The notes below the pieces were generated by a model. That model did no database searches, was not told the DNA's origin, and was given only the letters and a program-made list of their open reading frames with translations. DNA of 39,410 bases from NCBI GenBank assembly GCA_903873565.1, contig CAIQOY010000043.1:1-39410 (forward strand), read 5' to 3'. This document shows positions 24,959 through 33,137 of this stretch, piece after piece. Origin of the DNA: an uncultured Actinomycetes bacterium (GTDB taxonomy: Bacteria; Actinomycetota; Thermoleophilia; Gaiellales; F1-60-MAGs149). The number at the start of each line of letters is the position of its first letter. Position 1 is the stretch's first letter. The position numbers and the translations under genes are program-made.

Positions 24959-25989
24959 TCCCCGCCCGCCTGCAGTGGCCCGTCGGGATCGCGGTCGTGG
25001 CCGTGGCCTGCGTGCTGCCGTTCGTGGTCTCCGGCTTCACGACCAGCCAGATCCTGACGCGCGCGATGATCCTCGGGATCGCCGCCGCGAGCCTGATCTT
25101 CCTGGCCAGCCTCGGCGGCTGGGTCTCGCTCGGCCAGACCGGCCTCTACGGCGTCGCGGGCTTCGCCGTCGGCAACTTCGTCGAGGCGGACGGCGGCTCC
25201 AAGACGTTCGGCATGAACATCTGGCTGGCCACGATCCTGGCCCTGCTCGTGACGGTCGCCGTGGGCCTCCTGATCGGCGCGATCGCGAGCCGCAGCGAGG
25301 GCATCTACTTCCTGATGATCACCCTCGCCTTCGGCGTGATCATCAAGCTCCTGTTCGAGAAGGCGACGGACCTGTCGGGCTTCGGCGGCATCAACCAGAT
25401 CGTGCAGCCGGAGATCTTCGGGTCGGCGCAGCTCCAGCCGGAGCGGATCTACTTCGTCTGCCTCGTCGTCTCGATCGCCGTCTACCTCGGGGTGCGCTAC
25501 TTCGCCCGCACCCCGTTCGGGCTCGCCTTCCAGGGGATCCGCGACAACGCGACCCGCATGAAGGCGCTGGGCTACAACGTGACGCTGATCCGCACGATCG
25601 CCTTCGGCATCGGCGCCCTGATCGCGGGCCTCGCCGGCGTGCTCAACGTCTGGTGGAACACGCAGATCTCGCCGGGCACGATCGACATCGGCCCGCTCAT
25701 CTTCCTCCTGATGATCGCGATCATCGGGGGCCTCTACCGGATCGAGGGCGCCTGGATCGGCGCGCTCATCTACGTGATCCTGGACAACCGCCTGCGCTCG
25801 GTCGAGCTCGTGGGCGAGCGCGTCGCGACCGCGCTCGGGATCATCTTCCTGCTCATCGTGCTGCTCTCCCCGGGCGGCGTGATGGGCATCTACGAATCCA
25901 TCTCCCGCCGCGTGCGACGACCCCCCTCGGGGGACGACGCGCCCGCGGGGGGCGAGGGAGCCGCGGCGCCCGGCGTCGCGGGGGACTGA
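24955..25989 (+). CDS. HAAT-family (LivM-like) ABC transporter permease
   Basis: The GTG start overlaps the preceding stop (GTGA). SLGQTGLYGVAGF, FGLAFQGIRDNATRMKALGYN motifs. The upstream 387 aa of the track ORF are junk. Confidence 0.88.
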   Translation: MIPARLQWPVGIAVVAVACVLPFVVSGFTTSQILTRAMILGIAAASLIFLASLGGWVSLGQTGLYGVAGFAVGNFVEADGGSKTFGMNIWLATILALLVTVAVGLLIGAIASRSEGIYFLMITLAFGVIIKLLFEKATDLSGFGGINQIVQPEIFGSAQLQPERIYFVCLVVSIAVYLGVRYFARTPFGLAFQGIRDNATRMKALGYNVTLIRTIAFGIGALIAGLAGVLNVWWNTQISPGTIDIGPLIFLLMIAIIGGLYRIEGAWIGALIYVILDNRLRSVELVGERVATALGIIFLLIVLLSPGGVMGIYESISRRVRRPPSGDDAPAGGEGAAAPGVAGD

Positions 25990-26032
25990 CGGGGAAAGGA
26001 GGACGGGCCTGAACGATGGGAGATGCGAAGCG

Positions 26033-26061
26033 GACGGGCCCGTGGGACCACGGGACCCGTC
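26033..26061 (+). other. Intra-operon stem-loop 1
   Basis: GACGGGCCCGTGG / CCACGGG(A)CCCGTC, about 12 bp with one bulge. Confidence 0.5.
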
Positions 26062-26074
26062 GGACAACCGAACG

Positions 26075-26094
26075 GGGGCGCACGGGAGCGCCCC
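26075..26094 (+). other. Intra-operon stem-loop 2
   Basis: GGGGCGC-ACGGGA-GCGCCCC. Confidence 0.5.
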
Positions 26095-26125
26095 GCAGCA
26101 CGACCAACCACCACGAGGAGGGAAT

Positions 26126-27568
26126 GTGAGTACAGACAAGAGGCGATGGAAGTGGCTCAGCGCCGCGTTCCTCGCGATCCTGATCGGCGTCGTCGCCGCC
26201 GCGTGCGGTGGCAGCGACTCCGAGACCACCACGGCGGCGGAGGACACCGCGGCGGCTGACACCGCCGCTGCGGACACCGCGGCCGCGGAGGACACGGCGG
26301 CCGCCGCCGGTGGCGAGACGAAGATCGTCATGGGCTTCCTCTCGAACTGCGAGGGCCCGTTCGGTCCCTTCTGGGATGCCACCCTGGCCGGCTACTACAC
26401 CGCGCTGGTGCAGTACGCCGGGGCGACGCCCGTCGATCCCGCCGACCCGAAGGCCGGCGTGACCGGCGCGATGGTCCCGGGCACGGACGTGCCGATCGAG
26501 CTGAACACGAACTACGGCTGCTCGGACGACAAGGCCGACAAGGCCCTGGCGGAGGCCAAGCGCCTCGTCGAGCAGGAGGGCGTCAACGTCCTGATCGGCC
26601 CGCTGTCGGGCGATGAGGGCATCGCCGTGGCGAACTACGCCCTGACGCAGCCCGACGTCACGTTCCTGAACGGCATCTCCGGTGCCCAGGACACGACGCT
26701 GAAGGTGCAGGCCCCGAACTTCTACCGCTTCTTCTCTGACGGTGCTCAGTGGACGGCGGGTCTCGGCGCCTACGCCTACAACGTGCTCGGCTGGCGCACG
26801 GCCGTCACCATCGGTGACGACTACTCGTTCCCGTACACGCAGACCGCCGGCTTCGTCAGCGAGTTCTGCTCCCTGGGCGGGACCATCGAGGAGCGCATCT
26901 GGCCGGCCCTCGGCGAGACGGACTACTCGTCCTACATCGCCAAGCTGCCGAAGGACGTCGACGGGTTCTTCCTCGACGTCGGCGGCACGGGCACGGTCCA
27001 GTTCGTCAACCAGTACACCGAGGTGAACGGCGAGGACTCGCTCCAGGGCAAGGTCATGGGCGGCGCCTTCATCTCGAACCCGCAGATCATCGCGGAGCTG
27101 GGCAACAAGGTGAAGGGCGTCGTGGCCGGCTCGGCCCTGCCGTCCGACGCCACCACGCCGGAGTGGGAGGCCTACGTGGCCGCCATCGAGGCGGCGTTCC
27201 CCGACCAGACGGCCAACGCGGCCAACATCTTCCTGGCCGGCTACTACAACAACACCGTTGCCGCGATCAAGGGCCTCGAGGCCGTGGCCGGCAACATCGA
27301 CGACGCTGCTGCGTACCACGCCGCGCTGAACGGGACGGAGATCGAGACGGGCGTTGGCCCGGTCACGATCGACGGCAACCGCAACGCGGTCATGGACAAC
27401 TTCGTCGTCGAGGTCACCGACACCGGCACCAAGACCCTGTTCGTGGTGCCCGCGGTCGACCAGTCGTTCGGTGGCGCGTTCAGCACCGAGACGCCGAATC
27501 CGGATCGCGAGAACCCGGAGTGCGTCGCGGGCAACCCGCCGCCCTGGGCTGCGTCGATCACCGGCTAG
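26126..27568 (+). CDS. ABC transporter substrate-binding lipoprotein (type-1 periplasmic binding fold, LivJ/Peripla_BP_6-like)
   Basis: GTG 26126 after GAGGAGGG. Signal peptide with lipobox VVAAAC|GG. Ala/Asp/Thr-rich linker. LivJ-like core (KIVMGFLS..., VNVLIGPLSGDEG). Confidence 0.85.
   Translation: MSTDKRRWKWLSAAFLAILIGVVAAACGGSDSETTTAAEDTAAADTAAADTAAAEDTAAAAGGETKIVMGFLSNCEGPFGPFWDATLAGYYTALVQYAGATPVDPADPKAGVTGAMVPGTDVPIELNTNYGCSDDKADKALAEAKRLVEQEGVNVLIGPLSGDEGIAVANYALTQPDVTFLNGISGAQDTTLKVQAPNFYRFFSDGAQWTAGLGAYAYNVLGWRTAVTIGDDYSFPYTQTAGFVSEFCSLGGTIEERIWPALGETDYSSYIAKLPKDVDGFFLDVGGTGTVQFVNQYTEVNGEDSLQGKVMGGAFISNPQIIAELGNKVKGVVAGSALPSDATTPEWEAYVAAIEAAFPDQTANAANIFLAGYYNNTVAAIKGLEAVAGNIDDAAAYHAALNGTEIETGVGPVTIDGNRNAVMDNFVVEVTDTGTKTLFVVPAVDQSFGGAFSTETPNPDRENPECVAGNPPPWAASITG
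26234..26314 (+). repeat. Coding low-complexity repeat (roughly 15-bp units, AAEDT/AAADT) in the lipoprotein linker
   Basis: Encodes AAEDTAAADTAAADTAAAEDTAAAAGG. Confidence 0.7.
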
Positions 27569-27602
27569 GAATCGGGAATTCGAAGGACTGAATGACCGAC
27601 TG

Positions 27603-28403
27603 ATGGCAACGATGTCCGATCCATCGAGCATCGGAGCCGCACCAGGCGCCGCGCCGATCCTCCGCTTGCGGGGGATCGGCCGGCGCTTCGGCGGCGTCCA
27701 CGCCGTCCGCGACGTCGACCTCGACGTGCACGCGGGCGAGCGCCGCGCCGTGCTCGGCCCCAACGGGGCCGGCAAGACCACGCTGTTCAACGTCATCGCC
27801 GGCGAGTTCCCGCCCACCGCGGGCACGGTCGAGCTCTTCGGCGTCGACGTCACCGACAAGCCCGCGCGCGCCCGGGTCCCGCTCGGGGTGACGCGCACGT
27901 ACCAGATCTCCCGCCTGTTCGGCGGGCTGTCCGTGGCCGACAACCTCTACGTCGCCGTGATCGGCGCGGAGGGCGGCCACCTGCGCCCGCTGCGCCTCGG
28001 CAAGGACCGGGCGTTCCGGGCCACGGCCCGCGAGATCGGCGAGCGGGTCGGGCTCGGGCCCGTCCTCGACACCGCCGTCGGCGAGCTCTCGCACGGCGAG
28101 CAGCGCCAGCTCGAGATCGGGATGGCGCTGGCCGGCGAGCCGCGCCTGTTGATGCTCGACGAGCCGGCCGCGGGCCTCGCCCGCGCCGAGCGCGTGAAGC
28201 TGACGGAGATGCTGCTCGGCTTCGACCGCTCGATCACGGTGATCCTGATCGAGCACGACATGGACGTCGCGCTGACCGTCGCCGAGCACGTGACGATGAT
28301 GCACGACGGCCGCGTCGTGGTGGAGGGCACGCCCGACGAGATCCGCCGCAACCAGATGGTCCACGACCTCTACCTCGGACGGGGGCACGGCGGCGATGAG
28401 TGA
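27603..28403 (+). CDS. HAAT-family ABC ATPase (LivG-like)
   Basis: Walker A GPNGAGKTTLF, signature LSHGEQRQLEIG, Walker B LLMLDEP. Confidence 0.9.
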   Translation: MATMSDPSSIGAAPGAAPILRLRGIGRRFGGVHAVRDVDLDVHAGERRAVLGPNGAGKTTLFNVIAGEFPPTAGTVELFGVDVTDKPARARVPLGVTRTYQISRLFGGLSVADNLYVAVIGAEGGHLRPLRLGKDRAFRATAREIGERVGLGPVLDTAVGELSHGEQRQLEIGMALAGEPRLLMLDEPAAGLARAERVKLTEMLLGFDRSITVILIEHDMDVALTVAEHVTMMHDGRVVVEGTPDEIRRNQMVHDLYLGRGHGGDE

Positions 28404-29115
28404 GCCCATCCTCTCGATCCGGGGCCTCAACGCCCACTACGGCGCCGCGCACGTCGTGCAGGACGTCTCCTTCGACGTCCTCGACGAGCCCGTGTGCGTG
28501 ATCGGCCGCAACGGCATGGGCAAGACGTCGCTGTGCCGCGCGCTGATGAACCTCGACCCGCCGACCGCGAGCGGCACGGTGCTCCTGGACGGCCAGGAGA
28601 TCAGCGGCAAGGCGCCGTACGCGATCGCCCGCGCCGGGATCGGCTACGTGCCGCAGGGCCGCAAGCTGTTCCAGTCCCTGTCCGTCGACGAGCACCTGCG
28701 GATGATCAAGTCGCCGCGGCAGGGCCGCTGGTCGCCCGCCGCGATCTACGAGCTGTTCCCGCGCCTCGCGGAGCGCAAGAAGATCAGCGCCACGCAGCTG
28801 TCGGGCGGCGAGCAGCAGATGCTCGCGATCGGCCGCGCCCTGCTCCTGCAGCCGCGCCTGCTCCTGATGGACGAGCCCTCCGAGGGCCTCGCGCCGCGCA
28901 TCGTCGAGGAGCTGGTCGAGTCGTTGAAGGGCTTCGTGCGCGAGGGCACCGGCGTGCTCCTCGTCGAGCAGAACCTCGGCGTGGCCACCTCCGTCGCCGA
29001 GCGCCTGGTCGTGATGGTCGCGGGCGCCGTCTTCACCGAGACGACCGCCACCGCGATGAACGCCGACCCCGAGCTGCAGCAGCGCTTCCTCGGCGTCACC
29101 CGGGTCGAGGGCTAG
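28396..29115 (+). CDS. HAAT-family ABC ATPase (LivF-like)
   Basis: Walker A GRNGMGKTS, signature LSGGEQQMLAIG, Walker B LLLMDEP. It overlaps the preceding gene by 8 nt (ATGAGTGA). Confidence 0.9.
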   Translation: MSEPILSIRGLNAHYGAAHVVQDVSFDVLDEPVCVIGRNGMGKTSLCRALMNLDPPTASGTVLLDGQEISGKAPYAIARAGIGYVPQGRKLFQSLSVDEHLRMIKSPRQGRWSPAAIYELFPRLAERKKISATQLSGGEQQMLAIGRALLLQPRLLLMDEPSEGLAPRIVEELVESLKGFVREGTGVLLVEQNLGVATSVAERLVVMVAGAVFTETTATAMNADPELQQRFLGVTRVEG

Positions 29116-29122
29116 GGTCCCG

Positions 29123-30340
29123 ATGGCCACCGTCGTCCTGATCGGCACCCTCGACACGAAGGGCGCCGAGTACGGCTTCGTGCGCGAGCGCCTGCACGCG
29201 GCCGGCGTCGACACCGTCCTCGTCGACTGCGGCACCGCCGGCGCCCCCGTGATCGAGCCCGACGTCCCCGCGTCGGAGGTCGCGGCCGCGGTCGGCGCCG
29301 ACCTCGCCGCCCTGACCGCCGCCGGCGACCGCGGCGACGCGGTCACCACGATGGCGCGCGGGGCGGAGGCGGTCGCGCTGCGCCTGCACGCCGAGGGCCG
29401 TCTCGACGGCCTGCTGGCGATCGGCGGCTCGGGCGGCACCTCGATCGCCTCGGCGGCCGCGCGCGCCCTGCCGATCGGCGTCCCCAAGCTGATCGTCTCC
29501 ACGATGGCCGCCTCCGACACGCGCCCGATCATCGGCGAGAGCGACCTGATCCTCGCGGCCAGCGTCGTCGACGTCGCCGGCCTCAACTCCCTGTCGCGGC
29601 GGATCCTCGCCAACGCCGCCGCGGCGATGGCCGGGATGGTGTCGCAGCCGGCGCTGGAGCGGGGCGCGGACCGCCCGCTCATCGCCGCCTCGATGTTCGG
29701 GGTCACGACCCCGTCCGTCACGCAGGCGCGCGAGCAGCTCGAGGCGTCGGGCTTCGAGGTCCTCACCTTCCACATGACGGGCACCGGCGGGCGCTCGATG
29801 GAGTCCCTGATCGACGGCGGCTTCGTCGCGGGCGTCCTCGACGTCACCACCACCGAGCTCTGCGACGAGCTGGTCGGCGGCGTGCTGACGGCGGGCCCCG
29901 ACCGCCTGACCGCGGCGGGCCGGCGCGGGATCCCGCAGGCCGTCTCCCTCGGCGCCCTCGACATGGTCAACTTCGGGCCGCGCGAGACCGTGCCGGCCGC
30001 GTTCGACGACCGCACCCTCTACGTGCACAACGACCAGATCACGCTGATGCGCACCACGCCCGAGGAGTGCGCGGCGCTCGGCCGCGAGGTGGCGGCCAAG
30101 CTCAGCGCGGCGACGGGGCCGACCGCCCTGTTCGTGCCGCTCCGGGGCGTCTCGATGATCGCCGTCGAGGGCGGCCCGTTCCACGACGCGGCCGCCGACG
30201 AGGCGCTGTTCGCCGCGGTCCGCGAGGGCGTCGGCCCGAACGTGGAGCTGATCGAGCTCGACCTCGACGTCAACGACCCCGCCTTCTCGAAGGCGATGGC
30301 CGACTGGCTGGAGGCGAGGCTGCGGGAGGCCGGCGCGTGA
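29123..30340 (+). CDS. UPF0261 / Tm-1-like ATP-binding protein
   Basis: [19 protein letters not shown]-terminus, [17 protein letters not shown], and [11 protein letters not shown] are motifs I recognise from UPF0261. About 405 aa. Confidence 0.8.
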   Translation: MATVVLIGTLDTKGAEYGFVRERLHAAGVDTVLVDCGTAGAPVIEPDVPASEVAAAVGADLAALTAAGDRGDAVTTMARGAEAVALRLHAEGRLDGLLAIGGSGGTSIASAAARALPIGVPKLIVSTMAASDTRPIIGESDLILAASVVDVAGLNSLSRRILANAAAAMAGMVSQPALERGADRPLIAASMFGVTTPSVTQAREQLEASGFEVLTFHMTGTGGRSMESLIDGGFVAGVLDVTTTELCDELVGGVLTAGPDRLTAAGRRGIPQAVSLGALDMVNFGPRETVPAAFDDRTLYVHNDQITLMRTTPEECAALGREVAAKLSAATGPTALFVPLRGVSMIAVEGGPFHDAAADEALFAAVREGVGPNVELIELDLDVNDPAFSKAMADWLEARLREAGA

Positions 30341-31164
30341 ACCGCGCGGAGGCCCTCGAGCGCCTCAACGCGACGCGCGCCACGGGCCGCGCGATCATCG
30401 GCGCCGGCGCGGGCACCGGCCTGTCGGCCAAGTGCGCGGAGCTGGGCGGCGTCGACCTGATCATCATCTACAACTCGGGCCGCTTCCGGATGGCGGGCCG
30501 CGGGTCGCTGTCCGGCCTGATGCCCTACGGCGACGCCAACGCGATCGTCGTCGACATGGCCCGCGAGGTGCTGCCGATCGTGCGCGACGTGCCGGTCCTG
30601 GCCGGCGTCTGCGGCACCGATCCCTTCCGGATGATGGACCGCTTCATCCCGGAGCTCGGGCGGATCGGCTTCTCCGGCGTCCAGAACTTCCCCACGGTCG
30701 GCCTGATCGACGGCGTCTTCCGCCAGAACCTCGAGGAGACCGACATGGGCTACGCCCTCGAGGTCGAGGCGATCCGGATCGCGCGCCAGCACGACCTCCT
30801 GACCGCGCCCTACGTCTTCGACGTGGCGTCGGCCGTGGCGATGGCCGAGGCCGGGGCGGACGTGCTCGTGCCGCACATGGGCCTGACCACGAAGGGCTCG
30901 ATCGGCGCCCACACCGCGCGCACCCTCGAGGACTGCGTGCCGCTGATCCAGCAGATGCGGGACGCGGCGGTGGCCGTCAACCCGGACGTGATCGTGCTCT
31001 GCCACGGCGGGCCGATCGCCGAGCCGGAGGACGCCGCCTTCATCTTCGAGCGCACGACGGGGATCGACGGCTTCTTCGGGGCCTCCTCGATGGAGCGCCT
31101 GCCGACCGAGGTCGCGATGACCGAGAACATGCGCCGCTTCAAGGCGCTGGAGATCCGAGGCTAG
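30337..31164 (+). CDS. PEP-hydrolase-like TIM-barrel protein (PF09370-type, the Tm-1 C-terminal-domain homolog)
   Basis: The GTG start overlaps the UPF0261 stop (GTGA). [62 protein letters not shown] motifs. Confidence 0.78.
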   Translation: MNRAEALERLNATRATGRAIIGAGAGTGLSAKCAELGGVDLIIIYNSGRFRMAGRGSLSGLMPYGDANAIVVDMAREVLPIVRDVPVLAGVCGTDPFRMMDRFIPELGRIGFSGVQNFPTVGLIDGVFRQNLEETDMGYALEVEAIRIARQHDLLTAPYVFDVASAVAMAEAGADVLVPHMGLTTKGSIGAHTARTLEDCVPLIQQMRDAAVAVNPDVIVLCHGGPIAEPEDAAFIFERTTGIDGFFGASSMERLPTEVAMTENMRRFKALEIRG

Positions 31165-31173
31165 GAGGAGAGC

Positions 31174-31575
31174 ATGGCCAGCAGGTTCATCATGCACAGC
31201 GAGGTGCCCGTCACGGAGTTCGACTGGGGCAGCGCCGGGATGCGCTGCTCGAAGGACAACACGGGCTGCCAGACGTTCGTCGTCCTGGACGTCGTGCTCG
31301 CGCCCGGCGCGTGCCACGACTTCCACAAGCACCCCGACCAGGACGAGATGATCATCGTCAAGCAGGGGTCGATCACGCAGCACATCGAGGGCGAGTCCTG
31401 CACGCTCAACGCGGGCGACTCCGTCTACCTCGACAAGGACGTCGTCCACGGGTCGTTCAACGACGGCAGCGAGGACGCGCACCTGCAGGTCGTGCTCGCC
31501 CCCGCCATGGGCGAGGGCGGCTACGAGCTCGTCGACGTCTCGGGCGACGAGCCCTGGGCGTCGATGCGCGCCTGA
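31174..31575 (+). CDS. Cupin-domain protein
   Basis: Cupin motif 1 FHKHPDQDEMIIVKQG and motif 2 GDSVYLDKDVVHGSFN. RBS GGAGGAGAG. Confidence 0.8.
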   Translation: MASRFIMHSEVPVTEFDWGSAGMRCSKDNTGCQTFVVLDVVLAPGACHDFHKHPDQDEMIIVKQGSITQHIEGESCTLNAGDSVYLDKDVVHGSFNDGSEDAHLQVVLAPAMGEGGYELVDVSGDEPWASMRA

Positions 31576-31589
31576 CCCGGATCGGCGAT

Positions 31590-31625
31590 GGGGCCCGGTC
31601 GGACCGCGCGGTCCGGCCGGGCCCC
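31590..31625. terminator. 36-nt near-perfect palindrome, bidirectional terminator between convergent cupin genes
   Basis: GGGGCCCGGTCGGACCGC|GCGGTCCGGCCGGGCCCC. All positions pair except one G-U wobble. Confidence 0.6.
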
Positions 31626-31635
31626 GCGCACGCCG

Positions 31636-32028
31636 CTAGCGCTCGACGTGGCCCGCGCCGCCCTGGTCGCCCAGGACGAGGTCGCGCTCGCGGTCGGGCA
31701 CGTGGTCGAGCGGGACGGGGGCGAGGCCCTCGATGAACGTGACCCCGGTCTCGGAGATGAGCTCGTGCTCGAGGCCGCGGTTGATGCAGACGACGTCGCC
31801 CGCACGCACGGTGCGGGTCTCATCCTCGACGGTGATGGTGACCTCGCCGTCGAGGATCACCATCAGCTGCTCGGTCTCGTCGTGGGAGTGGCGCGGCACG
31901 GTCTTGCCGGGCTCGTAGGTGACGCGGCAGAGCAGCATCTGGTCGCCGCCGAACGCGTTCAGGCGCACGCCGGGGAAGAGCTCGAGCGGCTCCTGGCCGT
32001 TCCAGGTCCCGAAGGGGGAGTCGGCCAT
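31636..32028 (-). CDS. Cupin-domain protein
   Basis: ATG at 32028, 3 nt after the upstream stop. Cupin motifs PRHSHDETEQLMVILDG and GDVVCINRGLEHELI. Confidence 0.8.
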   Translation of the reverse strand: MADSPFGTWNGQEPLELFPGVRLNAFGGDQMLLCRVTYEPGKTVPRHSHDETEQLMVILDGEVTITVEDETRTVRAGDVVCINRGLEHELISETGVTFIEGLAPVPLDHVPDRERDLVLGDQGGAGHVER

Positions 32029-32030
32029 CC

Positions 32031-33137
32031 CTACGGGGCGAACAGGACCGCGCTGTCGGCGGAGGCGACCGCGTTGATCGAGAGCTCCTCGTCGTAGCGG
32101 ATGTACTTGCCGTCCGTCCGCGACTCGGGCCTGCCCTCCTCCTTGGCGCGCAGGGCGCGCAGGACCTTCTCGGGCGTGATCGGCATCTCGGTCACCCACA
32201 CGCCGACCGCGTCGTAGATCGCGGTGGCGATCGCCGGCGGCTGGGCGTTGTTGGCCATCTCGCCGATCGACTTGGCCCCGAACGGGCCGTCGGACGACGG
32301 GTTCTCGATGATGATGCACTCGAGCTCGGGGAGCTCCTCCATCGAGGGCACGAAGTACGAGCCGTAGCCGGAGCCGCGGTGGTCGGGGCTCGGGTAGTAC
32401 GGGTACACCGTCTCGAGCAGGCCGAGCCCGAGGCCCTGCATGGCCCCGCCCTCGATCTGGCCCTCGACCATCGTCGGGTTGATCGCGCGGCCGACGTCGT
32501 AGACCTGCGACATCTTGAGCACGCGGACGTCGCCCGTCTCCGTGTCCACCTCGACCTCGGCGGCGCAGGCCGCGTACGAGATCGCCGAGTGCGGCGGCAC
32601 CGTGACGGCCCCCGTCTCGGGGTCGAGGGTGGCGTACTCCTTGAGGGCGGTGCCCTGGCCGGAGATCAGCTCGCCCTTCACGAAGGTGGCGAAGCCGGCG
32701 ATGTCGCCCATCCCGACCTTCTTGTCGGGGGAGCCCTTGACGTGCACCTCGCCGTCGGCGATCTCGAGGTCGCCGGCGTCCACCTCGAGCAGCTCGCCGC
32801 CGATCTCGAGGATGCGCGAGCGCACCTTCTCGGCCGCGAGGCGCACGGCGTTGCCGCCGATGAACGTGCCGCGCGAGGCGAACGTGCCCATGCAGAACGC
32901 GGACGAGTCCGTGTTCGAGGTGTCCATCGTGACCCAGTCCATCGGCACGCCGATGGCGTCGGCGACGATCTGGGAGTGGACCGTCTTGGAGCCCTGGCCG
33001 ATGTCGACGGTGCCGGCGAAGACGTCCACGCGGCCGTCCATCTTGAGCTTGATCCAGGCCTGCGACGGGTCGCCGTTCTGGTTCATGCCCGTCGGGTACT
33101 CGATCGCCGCGATCCCGCGGCCGACTGCCTTGGCCAT
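32031..33137 (-). CDS. Molybdenum hydroxylase (xanthine dehydrogenase/aldehyde oxidase family), C-terminal Moco-binding subunit (NdhM-like, 368 aa)
   Basis: Starts MAKAVGRGIA. VDIGQGSKT and FGAKSIGEMAN (active-site Glu region) motifs. The ATG shares its A with the TGA of the upstream subunit gene (TGATG). The first 424 aa of the 792-aa track ORF are out-of-frame junk. Confidence 0.85.
   Translation of the reverse strand: MAKAVGRGIAAIEYPTGMNQNGDPSQAWIKLKMDGRVDVFAGTVDIGQGSKTVHSQIVADAIGVPMDWVTMDTSNTDSSAFCMGTFASRGTFIGGNAVRLAAEKVRSRILEIGGELLEVDAGDLEIADGEVHVKGSPDKKVGMGDIAGFATFVKGELISGQGTALKEYATLDPETGAVTVPPHSAISYAACAAEVEVDTETGDVRVLKMSQVYDVGRAINPTMVEGQIEGGAMQGLGLGLLETVYPYYPSPDHRGSGYGSYFVPSMEELPELECIIIENPSSDGPFGAKSIGEMANNAQPPAIATAIYDAVGVWVTEMPITPEKVLRALRAKEEGRPESRTDGKYIRYDEELSINAVASADSAVLFAP

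Noticed and set aside
23794-25989. A 731-aa ORF starting at the ATG inside the operator palindrome.
   Set aside because: Only its last 344 aa (from GTG 24955) have membrane-permease character. The upstream part is out of frame across livH and the promoter region.
26023-26259. A small 78-aa ORF in the permease-SBP spacer.
   Set aside because: It is Arg-rich junk that overlaps the SBP signal peptide in another frame, and it has no RBS.
27569-27602. A locally AT-richer spacer (gaatcgggaattcgaaggactgaatgaccgactg) as a regulatory element.
   Set aside because: It is too short and has no evident symmetry. It most likely just holds the RBS and spacer for the ATPase gene.
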